Assembly (NCBI GenBank): GCA_964525475.1
Contig: CAZGHA010000001.1
Location: forward strand, 13,029-51,997
Source of the DNA: an uncultured Candidatus Saccharibacteria bacterium
GTDB lineage: Bacteria; Patescibacteriota; WWE3; UBA101185; UBA10185
Direction of reading: 5' to 3'
DNA: 38,969 bases
Positions 8,084 through 15,231 of this stretch are shown here, one piece after another. A program made the position numbers and the translations under genes. The stretch's first letter is position 1. The number at the start of each line of letters is the position of its first letter. The notes under the pieces were generated by a model. That model made no database searches. It worked only from the letters and a program-made list of their open reading frames with translations, and was not told the origin of the DNA.

Positions 8084-8917
8084 ATGGATCAAATAACATT
8101 ATTAAATATTCTCGTAATATTGGAATCAATAATCTTGCTTATTATTTCAATAATGCTTTTTTCCAAAACAAAAAATCTTACGAAACTGAAGAAATATCAG
8201 GATGAGCTTGTTGCATTGAAATCAGCTAAAGATATTGCTAGAGACGATTTTTTACCAATATTAGTTCACGAGTTAAGATCCCCCCTTTCAGTTATACGTG
8301 GTGCCGCCGATCTTTTAATTAAAAGTACTGAGGATCTTTCTGTAGATCAAATTCAGACCCTTCTAAATCAAATTAAATTATCTTCAACAACTTTATTAAG
8401 CATGGTCGGTAGCATCTTGGATGTTTCAAAGATGGAAAATGGAAAGTTTGAGATAAATAAATCTTTTAATGATATTAACTCACTTTTAAAAGAGGAATGT
8501 GCGTATTTTGACCCCTTAACAAAAATAAAAAAACTAACCATACAATGCAATATTGATGAAAAGATATCCAATTTCAGTTTTGATGCCGAGAGAGTTAAGC
8601 AGGTTTTGAATAATTTGATCTCTAACGCCATAAAATTTAGCCCCGAAGGCGGTCAGATAATCGTTACATCTAAAAAAGTTGGATCTAATTGTCAGGTAGA
8701 GATTTCTGATTTTGGAGTTGGCATACCCGACCAAGAAAAACCACTTCTATTTCAGAAATTTTTTCAAGCATCTAATCAAGAGGGGATTCAAAAAGGTACA
8801 GGTCTTGGGCTTTTTATATCAAGAGGTATTATTGAAGCTCATGGTGGTAAAGTATGGGTTGAAGACAACAGTCCAAAAGGTTCAAAATTTCAATTCTCAA
8901 TTCCAATAATTAACTAA
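8084..8917 (+). CDS. sensor histidine kinase (one TM, no recognisable sensor domain)
   Basis: H-box LVHELRSPLSVI, N-box LNNLISNAIKFS, G1 DFGVGIP, F-box FQKFFQ, G2 GTGLGLFIS. A single N-terminal TM helix sits only about 25 aa before the DHp domain. Confidence 0.85.
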   Translation: MDQITLLNILVILESIILLIISIMLFSKTKNLTKLKKYQDELVALKSAKDIARDDFLPILVHELRSPLSVIRGAADLLIKSTEDLSVDQIQTLLNQIKLSSTTLLSMVGSILDVSKMENGKFEINKSFNDINSLLKEECAYFDPLTKIKKLTIQCNIDEKISNFSFDAERVKQVLNNLISNAIKFSPEGGQIIVTSKKVGSNCQVEISDFGVGIPDQEKPLLFQKFFQASNQEGIQKGTGLGLFISRGIIEAHGGKVWVEDNSPKGSKFQFSIPIIN

Positions 8918-8954
8918 TTTTATAACAAAACTCCTTGCCCGTGAAAATTTTCAG

Positions 8955-8963
8955 TGTTACCAT
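8955..8963 (+). promoter_or_regulatory. extended -10 (TGtTACCAT), 6 nt before ppsA ATG
   Basis: TG 8955-8956, TACCAT 8958-8963, spacer tttcat, ATG 8970. Confidence 0.35.
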
Positions 8964-8969
8964 TTTCAT

Positions 8970-11234
8970 ATGATTAAAAAAACTGCTCATGTTCTTTGGT
9001 TTAAGGACATTAATAAAAATGATATTCCGTTAGTTGGTGGTAAAGGTGCTAATCTTGGTGAAATGGTTAGAGCCGGAATTCCCGTTCCTGATGGTTTTGT
9101 GGTAACCGCCAAAGCCTATTTTGATTTCATAAACGCAACTTCCATAAAGAAAAAAATTATGACCGAACTTTCAGGTTTAGATGTTGACGATTCCGATAAA
9201 CTTATGAAAGCTTCTGAGAAGATAAAATTAGCTATACTGCAGGCAGAAATGCCTAAAGAGCTGATAGAGGAGATAAAGACTTTCTACATGGAACTTTCAG
9301 GTGAAAATGATAAATATGTTGCAGTTAGGTCATCCGCTACTGCGGAGGATCTTCCTGAGGCTTCTTTTGCAGGTCAGCAAGAATCTTTTTTAGAAATAAA
9401 GGGTTGGAAAAGTGTTGCTTCACATGTTCAAAAATGTTGGGCTTCGTTATTTACCGCTAGAGCAATTTTTTACCGACAAGAAAATAAATTTTCACATTTA
9501 AAGGTTGGAATTGCGGTTCCCGTTCAACTGATGTGTCAGTCCGATGCTTCAGGTATTATGTTTACAGTTAATCCTGTTACAAACAATAAAGACGAAGTGT
9601 CTGTAGAGGCGGCTTACGGTCTTGGACAACCCATTGTTTCAGGTGAGATAACCCCAGATCAGTATGTTGTAAGTAAAAAAACCGGAAAAATAGTTTCTAG
9701 AACAATTGTTCCACAAGATTGGCAGTTAACTATGGAGGGCAAGACTCCGATTTCCGCAAAATATAAGAAAAAACAAAAATTAACAAATAAACAAATAGTC
9801 GACTTAGCTAAAATTGGCATGAAAATAGAAGATCATTACGGTCGTCCCCAAGATATTGAGTACGGAGTAGAAAAAGGCAGGATTTTGATAGTGCAATCAA
9901 GACCGGTAACCACGTTAGTTCAAAAAACGCAGAACGTTGTTGTGGAAGAAGGTAAGGGTGCCAAAGTCATACTTGAAGGCCTCTCAGCTTCTCCGGGAGT
10001 TTTTTCAGGTAAGGTTCAAATAATAAAAGAGGCTAAGGAAATAGGGAAAGTTAAAGAAGGGGATATTCTTGTTGCTGAAATGACTAATCCTGATTTTGTT
10101 CCTGCTATGAAGAGAGCTGGAGGGATTGTCACAGATCTTGGGGGAAGAACCAGTCACGCGGCGATTGTTAGTAGGGAACTGGGAGTTCCGGCTGTCGTTG
10201 GTACTTTAAATGCCACAAAAATGCTAAAAAACGGTGAAATTATCACTGTAGACGGAGCTTCAGGCAAGATTTATGAGGGAGATATCACAAAAGTTGTTCA
10301 AGAAACTAAAAAATCTTCTGTAGATTTAAGCAAAATAAAAACAGCCACTAAGATTTATGTAAATTTAGCTGAACCGGAGTTGGCTTCAGAGATGGCAGGG
10401 AGAAATACTGATGGTATAGGACTTTTAAGAGCTGAATTTATAATTGCAAATATCGGTACACACCCCAAAAAATTCATAAAAGATGGGAAGAAAAAAGAGT
10501 TTATCTTAAAATTAGCCGAGGGAATTGAAAAATTTGCCGATGCTTTCAATCCAAGACCTGTTGTTTACAGATTTACCGATTTTAAGACCAACGAATATGC
10601 TGGTTTAAAAGGTGGCGCTGAGTTTGAAAGTGAGGAGCCGAATCCAATGATTGGTTATAGAGGGGTTTCAAGATACATTAAGGATTTAGATGTATTTGAG
10701 ATGGAACTTGAAGCTATTAAAATTGTTAGAAACAAAAAGGGATTAAAAAACCTTTGGGTTATGATGCCCTTTGTTAGAACAGTAGAACAATTGAGAGAAG
10801 TGAAAAAGATTGTTTCAGCTTCCGGTTTGAGAAGAAGCGGTACTTTTAAGTTTTGGATGATGGTTGAAATTCCTTCTAATGTTATTTTACTTGATGAATT
10901 TATTGACGAAGGTATAGACGGTGTTTCAATTGGAACAAATGATTTAACAATGCTTACGCTGGGAGTTGATAGAGATAATGAAAAAGTTGCTGATACATAC
11001 AGTGAAATGAATCCTGCAGTACTTAAATCTTTGGAGAAAATTGTTACAACTTGCAGAAAAAGAGATATTACTTGTTCAGTGTGCGGGCAGGCCCCGTCCG
11101 TTTTTCCAGAACTTGTTGAGATGATGGTTGAATGGGGGATGACCTCAGTATCTATCAGCCCAGATGTAATTGAAAAAACCAGGGAAATAGTTTACGAAGC
11201 AGAAAAAAAGGTTCTAGGAAAAAAGAAGAAATAA
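8970..11234 (+). CDS. ppsA: phosphoenolpyruvate synthase (pyruvate, water dikinase)
   Basis: 754 aa. ATP-grasp N-terminus (VGGKGANLGEM), phospho-His swivel motif GGRTSHAAIVSRELGVPAVVG, PEP-utilising C-terminus with GTNDLTMLTLG and CGQAPS. Confidence 0.8.
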   Translation: MIKKTAHVLWFKDINKNDIPLVGGKGANLGEMVRAGIPVPDGFVVTAKAYFDFINATSIKKKIMTELSGLDVDDSDKLMKASEKIKLAILQAEMPKELIEEIKTFYMELSGENDKYVAVRSSATAEDLPEASFAGQQESFLEIKGWKSVASHVQKCWASLFTARAIFYRQENKFSHLKVGIAVPVQLMCQSDASGIMFTVNPVTNNKDEVSVEAAYGLGQPIVSGEITPDQYVVSKKTGKIVSRTIVPQDWQLTMEGKTPISAKYKKKQKLTNKQIVDLAKIGMKIEDHYGRPQDIEYGVEKGRILIVQSRPVTTLVQKTQNVVVEEGKGAKVILEGLSASPGVFSGKVQIIKEAKEIGKVKEGDILVAEMTNPDFVPAMKRAGGIVTDLGGRTSHAAIVSRELGVPAVVGTLNATKMLKNGEIITVDGASGKIYEGDITKVVQETKKSSVDLSKIKTATKIYVNLAEPELASEMAGRNTDGIGLLRAEFIIANIGTHPKKFIKDGKKKEFILKLAEGIEKFADAFNPRPVVYRFTDFKTNEYAGLKGGAEFESEEPNPMIGYRGVSRYIKDLDVFEMELEAIKIVRNKKGLKNLWVMMPFVRTVEQLREVKKIVSASGLRRSGTFKFWMMVEIPSNVILLDEFIDEGIDGVSIGTNDLTMLTLGVDRDNEKVADTYSEMNPAVLKSLEKIVTTCRKRDITCSVCGQAPSVFPELVEMMVEWGMTSVSISPDVIEKTREIVYEAEKKVLGKKKK

Positions 11235-11246
11235 TTAAAAAACAGC

Positions 11247-12470
11247 ATGCCCAAAATTGAAAATATTAGAAGTCAAAAGATACTAGATTCCAGAGGTAAC
11301 TGGACCTTAGAAACCAAAGTAACTTTGGATGATGGTTCTGTGGGAGTTCAGCCTGTTCCTTCAGGTGCATCAGTTGGGGAGAACGAAGCTGTTTACATTG
11401 ATGTGGAAAAAGCTTCCGATTTTGTTTCTACATCCATAAACGACGTTTTAATAGGGAAGGATCCAAGCGACCAGAAAAATATTGATGAAATACTAATCAA
11501 GATGGATGGTACTCCGAATAAAAGCAGATTAGGCGCTAATAGCATTATTTCTGTTTCAATGGCATGTGCAAAGGCTGCGGCAGTTTCTTCGGGTTTGGAG
11601 TTGTATCAATATTTAAGTTTACTTTTTTCAGGTAAACAGAAACTTAATGGTGACTTAAAATTTCCTACTCCCATTTTTAACATAATTAATGGCGGGGAGC
11701 ATGCAAAAAACAAACTTTCTTTTCAGGAATTTATGGTTATTCCTGCTCTTAATACTCCTTATAACAAAGCACTTCAAATGGGTGTGAATGTTTACAAAGA
11801 TCTTAAAAAAATATTAATAAAAGAAGATTTTGAAACCGGGGTGGGTGACGAGGGGGGTTACGAACCCAAAGGTTTATCAGCAAGAACAGCCTTAGATTTT
11901 TTGGAGCAAGCCGCTTCTGTACAATATGAGCCGGGGAATGATATTTTCTTTGGGCTTGATATCGCCGCAGGTTCTTTTTATGAAAATGGAAAATACTGTA
12001 TTGATGAAGAGAACTTAAATTTAAGTTCAGACCAAGTTATTAAATATTATGAAGATCTTTTCATGCACTATAAAATAATTTATTTAGAGGACCCTATGTT
12101 TGAGAGAGACGAGTTCGGATGGACCAAGTTTTATAAACAAAATTCTAATAATTACATGATTGTTGCAGATGACTTGGTAGTAACTAATCCAAAAATTTTG
12201 GAAAGGATATCTAAAGAAAAAATGGCTAATGCAGTTATAGTTAAACCCAATCAAATAGGTTCTCTAACCGAAACCTTGGATTTTGTTAGACTAGCTAAGA
12301 AATCAAAAATGGATATTGTTATATCTCATAGAAGTGGGGATAACCCAGACTCATTCATATCTGATCTTGCGGTGGCTGTGGAAGCAAATTTTATGAAATC
12401 TGGCGCTCCTGCAAGAGGTGAGAGAGTAGCAAAGTACAATAGACTTTTGGAAATATTTTACGGTTTTTAA
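11247..12470 (+). CDS. eno: enolase
   Basis: ILDSRGNWTLETKV, PSGASVGENEA, INGGEHA, GDEGGYEP, YLEDP, VADDLVVTNP, VKPNQIGSLTET, SHRSG and AKYNRLLEI all present. Confidence 0.9.
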   Translation: MPKIENIRSQKILDSRGNWTLETKVTLDDGSVGVQPVPSGASVGENEAVYIDVEKASDFVSTSINDVLIGKDPSDQKNIDEILIKMDGTPNKSRLGANSIISVSMACAKAAAVSSGLELYQYLSLLFSGKQKLNGDLKFPTPIFNIINGGEHAKNKLSFQEFMVIPALNTPYNKALQMGVNVYKDLKKILIKEDFETGVGDEGGYEPKGLSARTALDFLEQAASVQYEPGNDIFFGLDIAAGSFYENGKYCIDEENLNLSSDQVIKYYEDLFMHYKIIYLEDPMFERDEFGWTKFYKQNSNNYMIVADDLVVTNPKILERISKEKMANAVIVKPNQIGSLTETLDFVRLAKKSKMDIVISHRSGDNPDSFISDLAVAVEANFMKSGAPARGERVAKYNRLLEIFYGF

Positions 12471-13786
12471 TCTTTTATTACGTATGCCGCATAGTCTTGC
12501 GCTAGCGGAGTTTCTACTTTGGAGACAGTTTCATTATCAAGACCTTCAAAATATTTTCTGAAACCTCTCATTGAATTACCGTGACAAGAAATTGCCACTT
12601 TTATGTTTTTTCCTGAAATTTCTTTTACTAGATCATTACAAAAATTTCCAACTCTATCGCACACCATTTCTATACTTTCTCCGTTTACGGGAACAAAGTC
12701 GAAACTTCTTCTTATTTTTAATAATTCTTCGGGATCTTTTAACTGCATATCCATCTTACTTTTTCCCGTTAGGTCACCATAAGACCTTTCTCTAATTCTT
12801 TCGTCTGTTTCAATCTCAATATCTTTTGACAAATTATTTTTTGATAAGGCAATTTTCATTGTTTCCACGGCTCTGGTTTGTGGTGAAGATATCAGTCTAT
12901 CAAATCTAATACTCTTAATTTTTTCAGATAATATTTCTGCTTGTTTTATACCTTCTTTGGTGAGTTTTGCGTCTCTTTCACCGCTAAAAACAAAATTAGC
13001 GTTATCCTCGGTTTGCCCATGCCTGAAAACATAGATGGTTGAAAATTCATCGGATTCTTCTTTAGGTAATTCATCGACCTTCTTATAGTTTAAAAGGTCT
13101 TTGGCTTTTTTAATCTTTTCAACTTCCTCCCCACCATTATTGTTTGAGAATATTTGTTTTCTTTTTCTGTAACCCCACAATAAAGCAAAGGCTACCGAGA
13201 TTACAACAAATATCTCTCCGAAAGTTTCGGATTTGTTTAACCCTCTCATAACTTCTTCAGAGGCTGCTAGGCCTGCATATCCAAGATATAAGTAGCACAG
13301 GTTTCTAATTATTGTTCCTGTGAAGGTAGTTATTAGAAATGTTCTCATTTTAATTTTAATAAGCCCTGATGTAATTGATATTGGTGAGCTTGGAAATATT
13401 GGAAGTGATCTTAAAATAAATAGTACTAACCAATCTTTTTTTGTACCGTTAAAAAATTTTCCGATTCTTTCGACATCCCCCTGAGTTATACCAATAAGAC
13501 GACCAAACTTTGATGTAAAAACATCCTCAAGCTTGTCTGTAATTTTGTATAAAAGCCACCCTCCAAAAGTTTTACTTAAAGATGCAAGAACAGCAATAAA
13601 AAGAATGTATGAAAGAGGGTTATTTTGAGCTTTTGTAATGGTTCCTGCAGTGGTAAGGACGAATGGGGATGGGATGGGAGCAATCACTTCTTCCAAAAAA
13701 GTACCTATGATAGTGAAAATCTCCAGCGGGACATACTGTGCTAATTTTTCTAAGTATAAAATTATCGGAGCTATTAGATTTGACAT
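12467..13786 (-). CDS. fusion protein: N-terminal DedA/SNARE-associated (VTT) membrane domain plus C-terminal histidine-phosphatase (dPGM-like) domain
   Basis: N-terminal half has DedA signatures FLEEVIAPIPSPFVLTTAG and LRSLPIFPSSPISITSG with multiple TM helices. After YRKRKQ a soluble domain carries IYVFRHGQTEDN, FSGERDAKLTKEG, SSPQTRAV, NGES and CHGNSMRGF (compare dPGM RHGESEWN and HGNSLRAL). Confidence 0.75.
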   Translation of the reverse strand: MSNLIAPIILYLEKLAQYVPLEIFTIIGTFLEEVIAPIPSPFVLTTAGTITKAQNNPLSYILFIAVLASLSKTFGGWLLYKITDKLEDVFTSKFGRLIGITQGDVERIGKFFNGTKKDWLVLFILRSLPIFPSSPISITSGLIKIKMRTFLITTFTGTIIRNLCYLYLGYAGLAASEEVMRGLNKSETFGEIFVVISVAFALLWGYRKRKQIFSNNNGGEEVEKIKKAKDLLNYKKVDELPKEESDEFSTIYVFRHGQTEDNANFVFSGERDAKLTKEGIKQAEILSEKIKSIRFDRLISSPQTRAVETMKIALSKNNLSKDIEIETDERIRERSYGDLTGKSKMDMQLKDPEELLKIRRSFDFVPVNGESIEMVCDRVGNFCNDLVKEISGKNIKVAISCHGNSMRGFRKYFEGLDNETVSKVETPLAQDYAAYVIKD

Positions 13787-13797
13787 ATAACCTACAA

Positions 13798-13826
13798 ATT
13801 TTACATCAGAGGAAGATTACTTACAA
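13798..13826 (-). promoter_or_regulatory. promoter of the DedA::phosphatase fusion gene
   Basis: On the minus strand: TTGTAA (13826-13821), 17-nt spacer ending TG, TAAAAT (13803-13798), 11 nt to the ATG at 13786. Confidence 0.45.
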
Positions 13827-13931
13827 CATAAAATTTGTAATAACAATCATAACCTTATATATACTCGAATAATATCTTACTTGATTTTAAAGCGTTTTTA
13901 CAAGATCTGTAAATTAATATGTTTGTGAATT

Positions 13932-14402
13932 TTATTTTTCAGCTTTCGCTGCTAGCCTATGAAAGTCGTCTATAATAAGACTTGCATTTGAAACATTATC
14001 GATATCTTCTTGGGGGTGCTTAACACCATCGTGGTAAATTATTTCAGTAATTACATCTGTTCGATCTTTTTCCATAAAATTAAACTTTTCACCAACCACA
14101 AAAATTGGGTTACTTTTCATTTCTCTAATGTCAAATTGGTGTTTTTGGCCTGTTAATCCGTTTGTAAATTCTCCTTCACTGTCTACTTTATATATATTTC
14201 CATCAGCAGTTCGAATATACGCTGTTGTAGGTCTGGGTATTTCGTAACTGTTTGGTCTGTGCAGGGATATACCTTTTCCTATCCACAATCTTTCAAGAGA
14301 AAATTTATCTCCTGGTTGATTAGATCCAGCTCCAATAATCCCATTACCTAAATTTACTCGCCCTCTTAATGTCGGAAATTTTTCTTTTTCTAAATTATTC
14401 AT
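13932..14402 (-). CDS. hypothetical soluble protein (156 aa), directly downstream of lexA
   Basis: Uninterrupted ORF in otherwise stop-rich AT-rich DNA, same strand as lexA. TATAAT lies 6 nt upstream of the ATG. No TM segment and no motif I recognise. Confidence 0.6.
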   Translation of the reverse strand: MNNLEKEKFPTLRGRVNLGNGIIGAGSNQPGDKFSLERLWIGKGISLHRPNSYEIPRPTTAYIRTADGNIYKVDSEGEFTNGLTGQKHQFDIREMKSNPIFVVGEKFNFMEKDRTDVITEIIYHDGVKHPQEDIDNVSNASLIIDDFHRLAAKAEK

Positions 14403-14493
14403 AAATCTATTATATAAAATAAATCTAGGAATTAATAGCGAATTATGTTGTTAAGAATACGTTATATGAAGAATATAAAATAGGTAAATTATT

Positions 14494-15126
14494 TCAGTTT
14501 TTATATCTTCTAACAATTCCTGTTACGACACCTTGAATCTTTACTTGATTTGCCTCTACAATTATTGGATCCATTTCTTCGTTTGCTGGCTGAAGTCTGA
14601 TTTTCCCACCGTTTTCTTTAAAAAACTTTTTTAGAGTTGCAAAACCTTCGTCAATTAACGCAACAACTATCTGACCGTTTTCCGCAGTATCTTGTTGTTT
14701 TAGAACTACATAATCTCCATCCATAATTCCTTCATCTATCATCGAGGATCCTTTTACCTGAAGTACAAAACATCTTTTTGATTTGGAGACCATATCAGGG
14801 GAAACCATTACAGTGGATAAATCGTTTTCAATAGCCTCTATTGGTTCCCCAGCGGCAATATATCCGATTAGTGGAAGTTCTACTGCAGAAAGTGATGCGT
14901 TTACCGAGCTGTCTACAACCTCTATACCTCTGACAGCGCCTTCGTATCTTTTTATAATGTTTTTTCTTTCTAAGGCTTGGAGATGTTCGTGCACAGTGGC
15001 TAAAGAAGAAAGTCCCATGGCATCAGCAATTTCTTGAAGGGTAGGGGAGTATCCGTTAACTTGAATATATTGCGAGATAAAATCTAAAATTTGTTTCTGC
15101 TTTTTATAAATGGTTACAGGGCTCAT
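14494..15126 (-). CDS. lexA: LexA repressor
   Basis: Winged-helix N-terminus (SPTLQEIADAMGLSSLATVHEHLQALERKNII), Ala-Gly cleavage site in YIAAGEPIEA, catalytic Ser in VKGSSMID and Lys in ATLKKF. Strong SD AGGAGG 5 nt before the ATG. Confidence 0.9.
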   Translation of the reverse strand: MSPVTIYKKQKQILDFISQYIQVNGYSPTLQEIADAMGLSSLATVHEHLQALERKNIIKRYEGAVRGIEVVDSSVNASLSAVELPLIGYIAAGEPIEAIENDLSTVMVSPDMVSKSKRCFVLQVKGSSMIDEGIMDGDYVVLKQQDTAENGQIVVALIDEGFATLKKFFKENGGKIRLQPANEEMDPIIVEANQVKIQGVVTGIVRRYKN

Positions 15127-15163
15127 TATTCCTCCTTTAATTTTAAAACTAACTTACGGCTTT

Positions 15164-15200
15164 TCTTCGTATTTTTATAGTACCGAAAAATAACCGAAGA
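15164..15200. promoter_or_regulatory. candidate shared lexA/uvrB operator region (imperfect 37-bp palindrome; CGAA half-sites)
   Basis: TCTTCG 15164-15169 and CGAAGA 15195-15200 are inverted. ACCGAA is directly repeated at 15182-15187 and 15193-15198 (CGAA-N7-CGAA). Covers the lexA spacer, -10 and TSS region, and the uvrB -35 zone. Confidence 0.3.
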
Positions 15201-15206
15201 TGTCAA
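15177..15206 (-). promoter_or_regulatory. lexA promoter
   Basis: On the minus strand: TTGACA (15206-15201), 18-nt spacer, TACTAT (15182-15177). Gives a leader of about 44 nt ending in AGGAGG before ATG 15126. Confidence 0.5.
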
Positions 15207-15231
15207 GTGTTTTTTATGATATTATTTTTAC

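Noticed and set aside
13898-13912. Near-palindrome TTACAAGATCTGTAA downstream of the orphan gene
   Set aside because: It is imperfect, short and AT-rich, and I noticed no second copy.
15127-15231. Canonical SOS boxes (GAAC-N4-GTTC, CTGT-N8-ACAG, GTTC-N7-GTTC) in the lexA-uvrB region
   Set aside because: None is present on either strand. The only GTTC overlaps the uvrB start codon (GTGTTC) with no partner half-site. I therefore report only the non-canonical CGAA repeats, as a hypothesis.
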